Below, piece by piece: positions 14,480-29,199 of a DNA stretch of 64,000 bases. Position numbers and translations under genes: made by a program. The notes beneath the pieces are model-generated. The model had not been told where the DNA came from, searched no databases, and saw nothing but the letters and a program-made list of their open reading frames with translations. Each line of letters starts with the position of its first letter. The stretch's first letter is position 1. This DNA comes from Octopus vulgaris (Eukaryota): the NCBI GenBank assembly GCA_951406725.2, contig OX597830.1:8060001-8124000 (forward strand), in the 5' to 3' direction.

Positions 14480-15879
14480 TTCTTTTATTTGTTTCAGTCA
14501 TTTGACTGCGGCCATGCTGGAGCACCGCCTTTAGTCAAGCAAATCGACTACAGGACTTATTCTTTTATCGAACTGCAGAGTTACGGAGACGTAAACACAC
14601 AAGCATCGGTTGTCAAGCGATGTTGACGTGGGGGGAGGCACAAGCATATATACACACATATACACAAATATAAAATATGTATGTGTATATATATTTTGTT
14701 GTTTAAGAAAAATGTCCAGGTCCTTGAGTTTTTGTCTATGTTTTCGTTTCTCCTTGTGTTCGACGTTTTTTTTTTTGGTGTCCTGTACACATATATGCGT
14801 GTATATATACATGTAGAGGTAGGTTCGTACATATATGTATATATATATGCATATGTTTTATTTATTAATATATTATATGACGGAACGCACGCATCCCTTT
14901 CTAAGTAAGATTGTTCTTGTTTTTAATTTTGATGCGCACTCTTGACCTTTCTGTCCCATCCCTTTCTCAGCCTTCATTCTTTGATTTCCTTTTCTTCTAC
15001 TTAACTGTCTTTCCCTCTCTCTCTCTCCCTCTCTCTCATTCTTCACTCTCTCTCTCTCCCTCTCACTCATTCTTCATTCTTTCTGGTTTCCTCACAACCA
15101 TTCCCCTTTCTTCTCTCTCTTTCTCTTGCTCCTCCTCCTCCCTCCCGTCGTTGACCGGTGACGAGAGCTCTGCTACTGTCTTTTCTGGCCTGACCTTCTT
15201 GAGGTGTGGACGGCAATTTTCTTTGCTCCCTTCGCCGTTCACAGATATCGCGTTCGTAATACTTTTTTCGTTCGGCTTAACAGCCCTTCTTGTCTTGTTA
15301 TTCCCCTTGTCCTGTCTTTTACTGTTTATATTTTGTACTGTCGTTACTGTCCTGTTTTTGTTACCATTTTTACCCCTCTGGAAAAAGATCTCAAATTTTA
15401 TTTGATTTGCTTTTCGCAGGAAGGAAAGTTTCTATCGAAGATACGTCTCGCCTTCACCTTCGAAGCGTAGAGTAGATGAAACCATGGCGACTGAAGAAGG
15501 GTATTGTCCTGTACTCTATTTTTTGTTGTTTAAGAAAAATGTCCAGGTCCTTGAGTTTTTGTCTATGTTTTCGTTTCTTCTTGTGTTCGACGTTTTTTTG
15601 GTGTCCTGTACACATATACGCGTGTATATATACATGTAGAGGTAGGTTCGTACATATATGTATATATATATGCATATGTTTTATTTATTAATATATATAT
15701 ATATATATATATATACGACGGGCTTCTTTCAGTTTCTGTCTACCAAATCCACTCACAAGGCTTTGGTCGCCCCGAGGCTATAGTAGAAGACAGTTGCCCA
15801 AGGTGCCACACACTAGAACTGAACCCAGAACCATGTGGTTGGGAAGCAAGCTACTTACCATATAGCAACTCCTACGCCT
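14480..15879 (-). mobile_element. tRNA-derived SINE split by a nested insertion
   Basis: 3' half at ~14480-14660 and 5' half at ~15715-15879, both minus strand, separated by the 14694-15694 element. Confidence 0.8.
14694..15694. mobile_element. Non-coding element with ~175-bp terminal direct repeats (pseudo-LTR-like, ~827-nt period)
   Basis: 14694-14871 is nearly identical to 15521-15694; no ORF and no TG..CA ends. Related fragments at ~13450-13580, ~21870-22050 and ~41840-42200. Confidence 0.8.
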
Positions 15880-15914
15880 TAAAATAAGTATACGCATATT
15901 ATAAATATAATTAT

Positions 15915-16305
15915 AGGCGCAGGAGTGGCTGTGTCGTAAGCAGCTTGCTTACCAGCCACATGGTTCTGGGTTCATTCCCACAGCGTAGCACCTTGTGCAA
16001 GTGTCTTCTACTATAGCCTCGGGCCGACCAAAGCCTTGTGAGTGGATTTGGTAGACGGAAACTGAAAGAAGCCCGTCGCAAATATGTATATATATATGTG
16101 TGTGAATGTGTTTGTTCCCCCCACCCCCGACATCGCTTGACAACCGATGCTGGTGTGTTTACATCCCCGTAACTTAGCGGTTCGGCAAAAGAAACCGATA
16201 GAATAAGTACTAGGCGTACAAAGAATAAGTCCTAGGGTCGATTTGCTCTACTAAAGGCAGTGCTCCAGCATGGCCGCAGTCAAATGACTGAAACAAGTAA
16301 AAGAG
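15915..16305 (+). mobile_element. tRNA-derived SINE, full length
   Basis: GGCGCAGGAGTGGCTGTG head through the ACTGAAACAAGTAAAAGAG tail. Confidence 0.9.
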
Positions 16306-16308
16306 ATA

Positions 16309-16347
<39 letters not shown>

Positions 16348-16479
16348 ATTGATTGATTGATATATACATATACGTATGTATACGTATACATATGTATGCA
16401 TACAAATATATACATATATATTCATATGTATGTACATGTATAAACATGATTACTATGTATACGGTCAAATTATGAAATA

Positions 16480-16907
16480 GATGGGAAACGTTTCCTTTTT
16501 GCTTTCAATTGTTGTTAACCCCTCCGTGGCTATCCAGCAGACTTTGGTGAAACTTGACACGTGTGAGGGACTTATGCCCATGCGGTCACTTACGCACTTG
16601 AAATTTTTTTAAATCGATTTTTAATCAGCATCGATTTTTCAAATGTCGTAAAACTTCGGCATTTTTTGCACTAGCCGTCATGACATCAATTTGACGAAAT
16701 CTCCTCCCAAAGCGTAAAATTTAGCCATTTTACGTACATGCACAAAAATAACGACGACACGGGTTCGCTACCAGACTCTGCTCATTTTTCCGTCAAATTG
16801 GTCGTATATGGATTTTACCTTTTTGAGAAATGTGGAAATTTGACGAAAAATATTTCATGGCAATAAACAGACATTAACGGTAATTTATTATCGGGTACCT
16901 CAGCTAG
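16480..16907 (+). mobile_element. Non-autonomous Helitron-like element
   Basis: Ends CGGTAAT..TTATCGGGTACCTCAGCTAG|T (weak hairpin plus CTAG); 5' boundary uncertain. Confidence 0.5.
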
Positions 16908-16927
16908 TGTGTGTGTGTGTATGTATA

Positions 16928-16997
<70 letters not shown>

Positions 16998-17094
16998 TGT
17001 ATATACATGGTTATCAGATAAATTCGTTTGGTTTTTTGCGTTTATTTTTTCCATTTATTTTAAACCTTATTTTTCATCAGAAATTTTAACAAAT

Positions 17095-17740
17095 TAATCA
17101 ATCCTAAATTCTCCTTCATTGTCCACGTCCAAGTCATTCTTGCTTACCAGAAGTTCTTGCTTTCCAATGCCTTGACGGTGGAAATCGTTGGCTCGATGAA
17201 TTCACTGAACCACGTTTTCAGCTCCAAATCTTTGTTTATCGAAACGCCTCGCAGACTGTTAGGGAGCGACCGAGCGAAGGCATTCTATCAGGAAAATACA
17301 ATGGGTTCGGTGGATCTTCCCAACTGAGCTCGTGTGTAGCATATTTGGTTAAAGTAGAGGCGTCGGGGAAAGCGTTTCCATGTTGAAGAAGCAGACCAAG
17401 TTGCCAGTCGGTCGCTTAGACATTATCAATCGAACAAAGGTATCATGAGATCATCATATTTGTTGACCAAGCTTCTAGTGAATGGACGAAAATCCCTTCC
17501 TTGGAGCATGGAAACCATTTCTGTTCAGTTCTCTCAGTAACAGGATCTTCTCTGTACACAGCACAAATATCTCGAATGGTTTTGACACCATTGGAACCAT
17601 GATCGAAAGTAAAGATATGCAAATGTCGGAAATGCTAATTGATTTTTCTCTCTCTTGGCATTCCATCATCATATGTCTGAAATTATGTCTGAGATGAAAT
17701 TTATTCAAATTTCAAAAACGATGGAAAAAAGTTGTAGAGG
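17095..17740 (-). mobile_element. Highly decayed mariner transposase
   Basis: Minus strand gives QHGNAFP..TKYATHELSWEDPPNPLYFPDRMPS, a degenerate match to mariner LHDNARPH..ELGWEVLPHPPYSPDLAPS. Confidence 0.7.
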
Positions 17741-17865
17741 AAGAAGGGAATTACAAAAAAAATCATTAAAAAAATTCGATAAAAATCATTTTCGCGTTAA
17801 TTCTAATAACATTGGAAAGAAACGAAAGAATTTAACTTACAACGCAATATATGTCGATAAAGATT

Positions 17866-17975
<110 letters not shown>

Positions 17976-18014
17976 CTTATCGTCCTATTTTTAGCCTGTC
18001 ATAAAATGTGTGCA

Positions 18015-18096
18015 GTGCCTGAAGATTGCACTAAGGCACCAGTCATGTTAAAAAATAGTCTGGCATGCTTTCCTCACATGAAACTGATAGTAGCAC
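18015..18096 (+). ncRNA. Type I hammerhead motif with long stem II
   Basis: GTGC-CTGAAGA-[~54 nt with AAGGCA/TGCTTT and CCAG/CTGG pairing]-GAAA-CTGATAG-TA-GCAC. Intact core, GUA cleavage triplet. Confidence 0.6.
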
Positions 18097-19188
18097 ATAA
18101 AAGCATATATTGTGTTTATTAAAGAATAGATTGATAGGGGTGGGTGTGCGTTTGCATGTGTGTGTGCGGGTGTGTATGTGTGTGTGTGTGTTGTACTACA
18201 TTATATCTTCGCCCCTTTTTTTCTATTTTTCTTTCTCAATTGTTAACTTACCTCAAACTCTTTCCTGTTTTTTTGTTTTTTGTAATGACTGGTGGTCGGC
18301 GTCGCAGTTGTTTACGGTGTGAGTGGTGGCAATAATGCTGCTTCTAAGAACAGGTAAGTGTCTGTGGAATATTTTGAAAGAAACTAATTCTTTCTTTTTT
18401 AAGAATATTTGAAGATTGTTTCTGAATTTTGTTCATTTTTATGCTTTCACGTTGTCTGCATGTCTATATGTATACGTAATTATACATAGATACGTGTGTG
18501 CGTGTATCTATATATATGTGTCTGTGTCTGTGTGTGTGTGTGTGATTATATATGTGTGTGTATGTGTGTCTGTGTGTGTATATATATGTATGTGAGTATA
18601 TATGTGCGTGAGTATATATATGTGTGTATGTGTGTGTGAGTATATGTATATGTATATATACGTGTGTGTCTGTGTGTACGTGTGTCTGTGTGTATGTGTG
18701 TCTGTGTGCGAGAGTATATGTGTGTGTGTGTTTGTGTGTATATATGTGTGTCTCTGCGTATATATATACGTGTGTGTGTTTCTGTGTATATATGTGTGTC
18801 TGTGTGTGTGCGCATATATGTGTGTGTTTGTGTGCATATATGTGTATGTTTGTGTGTGTGTGTGTGGATTTATAGAACTTCTCTTCTAGTGTTGTTTTCC
18901 TCTTCACATTTTCCTTTTGCTTTTTTTTATCTTATATAGTTGTTTTCTTGTATTTTTGTATTTTCTCTCAATTTCGTGTTTCTTTTCTTTTCTGTTGATG
19001 TTGTTGTTCTATTTTGCTCTTTGAGGAGGGGGTGGGGACATAATTTTTCTTTTAGTATTTAACTCTTCTGGAATGATATTTTCATACTTTTATCTCAGAA
19101 TGCTTTTAATGGAAATAGATAACGTATATGTGTGTATGTGTGTGTGCGCGCGCATGTCTGCATATATCGAAACATGCATCCAGCCATA

Positions 19189-19255
<67 letters not shown>

Positions 19256-19276
19256 GTATGTTTGTATATATATATG

Positions 19277-19307
<31 letters not shown>

Positions 19308-19357
19308 ATATATATGTATGTATATATATATATGTATGTATATATATATATGTATGT

Positions 19358-19398
<41 letters not shown>

Positions 19399-19428
19399 TA
19401 GGTATGTATATACATATATATATGTATA

Positions 19429-19473
<45 letters not shown>

Positions 19474-19773
19474 TATATATATACTACTGGATGCATGTTT
19501 ATATAACCGTACATGTAATATATACGTATGAATACATTTGTTCTGTGTATGTGTGTATGCATATATATATACGTATATACACATGCAACGAAAGAGAAAA
19601 ATAAAAGGAAAATAGTAGGTAGGTAGATAGGTAGGTAGGTAGGTTGGTAGATCGGTAGGTAGGTAGGTAGATCGGTAGGTAGGTAGGTAGGTAGGTAGGT
19701 AGGTAGGTAGGTAGGTAGGTAGGTAGGTAGGTTGATAGATAGGTTGATAGATAGGTGGATAGATAGATGGATG

Positions 19774-19859
<86 letters not shown>

Positions 19860-19984
19860 AGCGTATGTTGGTAGGTAGGAAAACGCAGACAGACAAGTAG
19901 ACAAACTGGCCGGTAATGGATAGACTGACGGACAGGTGCATAGATGTACAGGTTTGTTCACAATTACAACATGAAATCATGAAC

Positions 19985-20591
19985 TGACCACCAAGAAATC
20001 GCTAGATCCACATCCCACGAGAATATGAAAATAAGTTGCTATATAACCCTCCACCTTCAGTACAGCCGTTTCCTCCCCCAAAATGCATATGTTCCGAATT
20101 ACTTAGAAAACACTTCCCTCTCCAACATAATTACCATAAACATTAAATAAAAAAAAAAGATCTTATACTTCGCTGCTTGTATTTTGTTCGCATATTTGCC
20201 TCAGTTAAACATATTGTAAACACGATAGGCCTACGACTAATTCAACTTCTAACAGCTGCGGTTGTATAAACTGTGACAACCGTCACCTAGATTCCTGCTA
20301 CTTACCTAAATATATAAGTTTATCCCTGCATTAAAAGGACTCGTGCATTTAATTAATTCAGAGGATTCACTTCCAAATGCCCTTCAACGTCATCACTATT
20401 ACTACACCATGCATACTGTACGAAACGCGGAAGTAAAAATACTTTGTTCTTTACCATTCGTTTAGGATTTGAAAACTAGAAACAAAAATCTCAACACAAA
20501 ATGTATTTTCTCTAGAACACAATAGCATAAGGGAAACGAAAATACCATGCAACTTGTGCACAACAGAAATCTACGAAGTTTGCCTATGTTG

Positions 20592-20626
<35 letters not shown>

Positions 20627-20812
20627 AGAAACAGGCAATCAAAAGCAACAACGAACAAACAAACCGGTAATACTGGATAGTGAACTCCCTTCATGAGAAA
20701 CATGTTTTACGTGTATGTGTTTGTTGTGTGAGCTTGTGAATGTGTCTCATATTTTATTATATATATTTATATGCTTGCTTATATGTATGTATGTATGTAT
20801 GCATGCATGTAT

Positions 20813-20865
<53 letters not shown>

Positions 20866-21225
20866 TATACAACACTAACTCGTCGATTGAGCATGATTTT
20901 AGAACATGGAGCCATTATAATTCATAATGATGAGCTACATGAAAAGATTACTAATGAATGCTTGCCAATAGCAAAACATAAGCCAAATATCAGGTATACC
21001 AACAAACCAACAAGCTGATATATAATAATAAACTACATCGTGAAAACTAGTAGTACTCAGCCGTTTTATACATTTTAAATCTGGAGTTGAATATTGTTTC
21101 AGTTACAATAGTGTTCCTATGATTCTTTCCGATCTACTGCAAAGCGAGCGAACATTAGTACCATCGCTTCATTCTGATGATGAGACCAGGAAGGTCTGGG
21201 AAAGGGAAGCGGAAGAAGATATGAA
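19985..21225 (+). mobile_element. Very old Penelope-like element remnants
   Basis: Broken frames give LYNPP..FSTAV..LRKHFPLQHNYHK (PLE linker WFNPP..KHFP) and later PIAKH..REN..LELN (GIY-YIG end), followed by an HHR-like CTGATGA-tgAGACC aggaa GGTCTgg-GAAA at ~21168-21225. Interrupted by microsatellites. Confidence 0.45.
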
Positions 21226-22068
21226 AAGTTTTTAACTAAAACCGATTAAACTCAAGCAGATCTTTGATACCACGTGTGTGTTTACATATACACACATACG
21301 CAGAAAGTGATAGAGTATACCTACATATGAATTCTTTCAGACAGTGTCTCAAAAAAACGTCACCAGTTCCGAAACCTATATGTCAAAAGAATTACATGGA
21401 AGAGGCTATACCAACACCGCATGATTTATCATAAATATCGCGTACAATAAAAAATAGATCGTTTATCTTGGCACAAAGTATCCTAACCGTAGATTCCACT
21501 TCGCCATCTACAACACATTAAGCAATAATTGCCTTTATTAATTACAGAAATACAAAAGCAGAATCTACGATCAAAGACTGCAGAAACTAAATGTAAAATC
21601 ACAATAACCAGAAGTCATTTTTATAGTAAACATTAGTAACTTTTGAGTACGTTTAATAAGTACAGATTCTTAGAAAGTACAACAGGAAATCATAATCTGC
21701 TCTTATGAGATGTTTCCTAACAAATCGACCCCAGGATTTATTCTTTGTAAGCCGAGTACTTATTCCATCGGTTTGTTAGGCCGAACCGCTATAGTTACGG
21801 GGACGTAAACATACCAACATCGGTTGTCAAGCGATGGGGGGAGGGACAAACATACACACACATATATATAATGTCGTTCAATGCTCAAAATGAGGAGTAG
21901 ATAGACAGCCGACAACTGATGAAGGTCGGTCTTTATGTTACTTGTCCTATTTTCAATTTTTTCCTCTCTTTGGTTGCGTATTGAACTCATTTGTTTTCGT
22001 ATTTCATGTTGTTTACTGTTGGTGATGTCCTGTACACATATATGCATATATGTGTATATATATATATA

Positions 22069-22137
<69 letters not shown>

Positions 22138-22175
22138 TAGCATTCGATTGAACGCCACTCATCCATTTCAAAGTA

Positions 22176-22215
<40 letters not shown>

Positions 22216-22906
22216 TAAAATAAGTTATTCCTGCTACAATAGCGACAACATGAATTTCTTCTGTCCTCTTGCTCTGTTGAAATATTTAGGAAAATTTTTA
22301 TTAATGTATCTTTCTGTTGAAGTTCTATATTTGTGCAGCTGAAGATAGCGCTGTATTTAAGTCGATGTAATGATTACATTGTTCCATTAAATGGAGTCTC
22401 TTGAAACGGTCGTACTACATTACTACTTAAAATTTTGTTACTCATTTTGATTTTATTCACCTTACTCCGAGATGTGCGGGTAACACCGAACTGACTTGGT
22501 GCTTCAACTTAAGTACCTAGTTCAACTGAATCTAAATTACTTCTTATATATATATACGTCAAGCTTCTTTCAGTTTCCATCTACCAAATCCACTCACAAG
22601 GCTTTGGCCAGTTCGGGGCTATAGTAGAAGACACTTGCTCAAAGTGCCACGCAATGGGACTGAACCCGTAACCATGTGGTTGGGAAGCAAGCTTCTTACC
22701 GCACAGCCTCTCCAATGTCATATTACAGATGATAGAACTAAACTGTGATGTGTATAAATACAAACTCGTTACCAGTACAAATATTTCTGAGGCATATGCA
22801 AGCCCTTATAATAACCATCCACTAAGTTTTGTCATGGAGAAAATGTTTCGCTCTAGACAAATGGTGTAAATACATAAAGTCAGCTCGTGGTAACCTCGAA
22901 ATAGAT

Positions 22907-22948
22907 TGTTGGAGGCATTTCGGCGTGGTTAACTGCTCTTCAGTAACA
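22907..22948 (-). ncRNA. Degenerate minimal hammerhead motif
   Basis: Minus strand TGTTA-CTGAAGA-GCAGTtaaccACGCC-GAAA-TGCC-TC-CAACA. Core intact; stems carry mismatches. Confidence 0.5.
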
Positions 22949-23013
22949 GAAACTGGAAAAGCAGACGCTGTGAACGGACACTAGTGACAGGTCGTTACAT
23001 CATATGTGTGTAT

Positions 23014-23124
<111 letters not shown>

Positions 23125-23233
23125 CATAATATATATACATGTGCATAATATATGTATATATATACTTACATACACATATATATACATATACATACATGTG
23201 TATATATATATATATATATATATACATATATAC

Positions 23234-23440
<207 letters not shown>

Positions 23441-23671
23441 TACATATATATATATATAAATAAATATATACACATATACATATATATATATATATGTGTG
23501 CGTGTGTGTGCGTGAGTGTGTGTGTATGTGTGTGCGTGAGTGTGTGTGTATGTATAAAGGAATTGTCATATATATATATATTTATATATATACATGCGTG
23601 TGTGTATATACATTGATAGGTAGAGAGAGAGTGTGTGTCAGACAGATAGATAGATACATACATACATACAT

Positions 23672-23709
<38 letters not shown>

Positions 23710-24095
23710 ATAGATAGATTGATAGATAGATAAAACCAACGACAGAATCGAACCCGCGATTACTTAATAAGTTTTTCTCCGAACATTCCCAGTTTGTCTT
23801 CTGTTGATGCATATTAGCTGCATGCTAGTTGTGCAGCAGGAGGTCAGCATGAAAGTTATTGTAAATAAACGCTTGGTTGTTATTATCTCAGCAGAGAGAG
23901 CGACGCCATCTCTACTCAAAATGATTACGAAGGTACAAGATGTAAAGGTCAAACTTCAACGTGACCTTTTCCCGCTCCATGTATTCGCCATGCTATGATA
24001 TAAATGACAAGACGTCATCGCGGTTTCTGACAAGACATGCGCAAAGATTAGAAGGAAAGAGCTATATGGACGATATATATACATATATATCATAT

Positions 24096-24138
<43 letters not shown>

Positions 24139-24307
24139 CACATAGACATGTCATGTTTATATGTGTTACTGTGTGTGTATGTGTACATATGTACATGTTT
24201 ATAGATATACACACACCTACAGATGTATCTGTTATATATATATATACAAACGTGTATATATATGTATATATAATAAATATATTATATAACATATATATGG
24301 TATCGTA

Positions 24308-24366
<59 letters not shown>

Positions 24367-24473
24367 GATGTTCATTTATACATATATATATATATCTATA
24401 TATATGAATATGTATTAAGATGTTCATTTATACATATGTACTTACATATATGCATACCTCCATAGATACATAG

Positions 24474-24509
<36 letters not shown>

Positions 24510-24863
24510 CACACTCTCACACAGACATGCACCATGCATATTACAGACATCTACAAATACATTCACAATTACATGCCAACATGCATACATACATACATAC
24601 TTACATGGTGACCCAGTCCAAAAAGCATACAAGAGTCACTTGTGTAGATATCTCGTTAAGAATGACAAAACTCAATTCAAACATGAAACACAACGCTGCC
24701 GACTCCTCTAATTCTACTCAACCCCAGTTGTTATATTTAATTCACGTTTTCGCTCCTGACACTGATCCGAAAAACCATCAAAGATTTTCAGTTCCATTTT
24801 AAAGTTTTTACACAAAATTTTGTGTGAACAAATGTGATAGGAGGCGATAGATAGATAGATGCA

Positions 24864-24920
<57 letters not shown>

Positions 24921-25058
24921 GGGAATTCATTAACGGAGAGCATAAAAATATGGATGCATGTTCACGCATACACTACAGCAGTACATACATACATACATAC
25001 GTACATATATCTCTGTATGTGTGTGTGTGTGTATGTATATATACATATGTATATATAT

Positions 25059-25104
<46 letters not shown>

Positions 25105-25304
25105 TTTTTTTTTATTCATTTCATTTCATTTCATCTAGTTTCAGCTCACGAGCTGTGGCCATGCTGATATGTATGTATGTATATATATATGTGTGTGTGA
25201 GTGTGTTTATATATGTGTGTATATATACGTGTGTGTGTGTATGTTTATATATGTGTGTATATATATGTGTATGTATACATATATGTATAAATACACATAT
25301 ATAT

Positions 25305-25370
<66 letters not shown>

Positions 25371-25555
25371 TCTTTCGTAATCTGTAAATGTACGTACGGC
25401 CCTGTATATGACGTACATATACAAGCGGATGTCTGTCTGTGTGTCTGTATATATCAGGCAGAGACACGTGCACACATACACACTGACATATATGCGCGCG
25501 CGCGTGTGTGCGTATGAAGACAGACAGGGAGATGAATATGTAAATAGATATTTTG

Positions 25556-25602
<47 letters not shown>

Positions 25603-25962
25603 ACTTATTTATGTATGTACATGTATGTATGTGTATTATTTAATACAGGTGTAACTCCTAAACATGTTGAGTGTGTTTTTCCTTCGTATGTCCATTCACT
25701 CGTATATGTGTGTGTAGAGAGAGAGAGAGAGGGAGAGACGGGAAGGATAGATGGAGGGAGGGACAGAGAGAGAGAGAGAGGTGATTGTGTGTATATATAT
25801 ATATATCTATGTCAGTTTATATCGCTTTGTATATATACAACAATACAAGCACGCTACTATATATGAGTTCTAAGTAGGGAAATATATGTATACCCATACG
25901 TATTTTAGTACTTCAGCCTGCTCTGATAAATACATACATACATACATACATACATACATACA

Positions 25963-25996
<34 letters not shown>

Positions 25997-26412
25997 CATA
26001 CATACATACATACATACATGCATACATTCATGCATATGTACATACATACATACACACATACACACACACACGCATACATACATACATACATACATACATA
26101 CATACATACATACATACATACATACATACATACATACATGCATACATACATACGTACATGCATACATACATGCATACATTCATGCATATATACATATGTG
26201 TGTGAAAGAGAGAAAGATAGTGCCAGTGTATATATGCATATGCGTATATATGAACAGAAATATTCATATACATTTATATGTACGTATAGACCCTACATTC
26301 AATACATACACATACTTACATACACGTGCATACACACGTATATATGTATGTATAGATAGATAGATACGCACAATCGGACATACATAGACACACACACACA
26401 CACATGTATATA

Positions 26413-26460
<48 letters not shown>

Positions 26461-27647
26461 CGCACACACATACATACCTGAGGTCGTGACCCCATTTAAT
26501 AGAAATGGAAATGTCTACAGACCAGATTTTCTAAGCCACTTCTCTGTCCAAAGCCTAATGTCCAGTGATGTGTCCAGTGTGGTGTTTGTATATGTGAGGC
26601 CACACTGCATGTTGCTAAGTACATTGGTCAGTGCTGTAGCAATGCCAGAAAGGTGGACAGAGGCTAGTTTTAATGGATTGCCGTCAACAACATGCATTTC
26701 CGGGTCAGCAGGGGTGGTTTTAGTCAGGTAAGAAATTCTTAAAAGGTTGCAACTGGAATTGGTCAAACGGTGATGGTGATGGTGGTGGTGGTGGTGGTGG
26801 TGGTGGCGGTGATGGCGGGTGGTGATGGTGGTGGTTGTGATGGTAGTAGTGTTTGTATTGGTGGTGATTGTGGTGGTGACGTTGATGGTATTGGTGATGG
26901 TGATGGTGGTGGTGGTGTTGTTGGTGGTGGTATTGATGATGGTGATAGGGTGGCTGTGGTGTAAAATGAGCCGTGACCTACCACCACCATCACCACAACC
27001 GTCACCACCACCACCAACACAAACACTACTACCATCACAACCACTACCACCACCACTACTACCACCATCACCACCACCATCACCACCATACCATGACTAT
27101 ACTGCTGTTCCCAAAGGGAGCCTCTGCAGGATCGCTTGATCTGCTAGAAACAGCAGTCAAATATCCTTCAAATCACAACTTAGTACCGATTGGATAATAC
27201 AGTGGTTGATGGAGAAAATGACGTGATGATCACGGCTGGAACGTCTTTGATCGATCAGTTGATTAGAGTCGAAACAACAGCAACAGTAATATTATCACCA
27301 CCACCACCACTGCCTAACAATATGAACGAGACTGTCATGAACACCACAACATCACTTATTGACGATGGCTTTTCAGTTACGAATAATCTGTTTACTTGTT
27401 TCAGTCATTGGACTGCGGCCATGCTGGGGCACTGACTTGAAGGGCCTAGTAAAAACAAAATCCAACCCCTTTACACATTCTTTTTCTTTTTCATTTTTCT
27501 TTCTTTTTTTTTTGTAAGTTTGTTATTTATTCTCTTTTGTCGATTCTTTGACAGAACCACTAAGTTACAGGGCCGTAAACAAACCCACACCGACTGTCAA
27601 GCGGCTGAGAAATGACAAGAACAGACACATATACATATAATATATAG

Positions 27648-27950
27648 AGGCGCAGGCGTGGCTGTGTGGTAAGCAGCTTGCTTACCAACCACATGGTTCC
27701 GGGTTCAGTCCTAATGCGTGGAACCTTGAGCAGGTGTCTTCTACTACAGACTCGGGCCACGAAAACCTTGAGAGTGGATTTGGCAGATGGAAACTGAAAG
27801 AATCCCGTCGTATATATGTGTGTGTTTTCTGTGTGTTTACACCCCCCCCCCCATAGCTTGACAACCGATATTGGTGTGTTTACGTCCCTGTAACTTAGCA
27901 GTTCGGTAAAAGATACCCATAGAATAAGTACTAGGTTTACAACGAATAAG
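27648..27950 (+). mobile_element. tRNA-derived SINE, flanked by minus-strand pieces of the same family
   Basis: GGCGCAGGCGTGGCTGTGTGG head; minus-strand fragments at ~27390-27640 and ~27985-28140. Confidence 0.85.
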
Positions 27951-28522
27951 TCTGAAACAAGAGAAGAAATAAAATAATATATATACGCCGGGCTTCCACG
28001 CAGTTTCCATCTACGAAGTTCACTCAGAAAGCGCTGGATGGTACAGGGCAAAAGTAGAAAAACACTGAAGGTGCAACGCAGAGGTAATGAACCTGAAACC
28101 ACATAGTTACGAAGCAAGCGTCTTTACCACACAGCCATGCATGCAATTTTAGGGGAGGAGATACCATCGACCCCTACTAGATCCGAAGGGGTGAAAGGTA
28201 AAGTTAGCCCCGGCGGAATTTGAACTCAGAAAGCATAAACCTAGAAATAAATACTAAAATGCTTCTATTCTTTATTCCGAAATTCTAAAGATTTGCCATT
28301 TTTTTAGTAAAATATTTTCAAGAGAATGGGTTTGTTGGGACCATCCGCTCCAGTGGTTTTTGTACTTGACTGGTCCTCTATTTTTATCGCTCTCTTCCTT
28401 CCTGCGAAAAGATGACAGGCAAAGTCAAACTCAGTGGAATTTGAACTCGGTATGTAAAGAGCCACAAAGAAATGCTACCAAGCAGTTTCTCCACTCACGA
28501 TTCTATCTGCTCGCTACCTTCG

Positions 28523-28579
<57 letters not shown>

Positions 28580-28603
28580 GTAATAATAATAATAATAATA
28601 ATA

Positions 28604-28637
<34 letters not shown>

Positions 28638-28639
<2 letters not shown>

Positions 28640-29180
28640 GCCCTGATGCAGTACCAGACAATGGCTCTCATGGCTTCTGATCTTAACTGATTGGAAGTGT
28701 TATGTACATTGTTTTGTCTTGGTATAAAAGATGGGCTACAGCAAATATTCTGCTCAATGCCACAGATTTGCTTGTCTGTTGTTTGACCTTAACCAGTTGA
28801 GCATGTCCCTTGGTGGCTAGCGATATGTGCATCTCTGATCAGGAGCAGAAGTAGTGGGGGAGCATCACAGCCATGTGTTGATAGGGATTATTTGAGGTTT
28901 GAATAATTCGTCTCTGGAAACATAGGTATTTCGTTCAACGTCCTTAAACAACCCTTATTCAGAGACCTTTTGAATGGGATGGGATGAAGAAAATTCTAAC
29001 TGTGCCCCACCTGCAAGGTCATGCGCTGCTTATCTTAATATGAGATCACCAGGTTTCGCATATATGGTTGTGATGCATGTGCCTGATGTACCCTTATCAG
29101 TCGGGTAGTCATGATGGGTATACTGGGCTTCGTATATTTTACTCCAGTGTCACTTTGATGACATGCACTGCTCTGTCAAT
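28638..29180. mobile_element. ~540-bp non-coding repeat embedded in (AAT)n
   Basis: Reverse-complement copy at 42995-43483; both copies are flanked on each side by AAT/ATT arrays. Confidence 0.85.
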
Positions 29181-29199
29181 AATAATAATAATAATAATA

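Noticed and set aside
18240-18360. Donor-like sites on both strands (CAG|GTAAGT and reverse AG|GTAAGT)
   Set aside because: No ORF or partner exon is visible; an exon cannot be supported without transcript data.
26480-26770. Possible exon with splice-donor-like CAG|GTAAG
   Set aside because: No recognisable protein and no clear acceptor; more likely a retroelement UTR fragment, which I cannot confirm.
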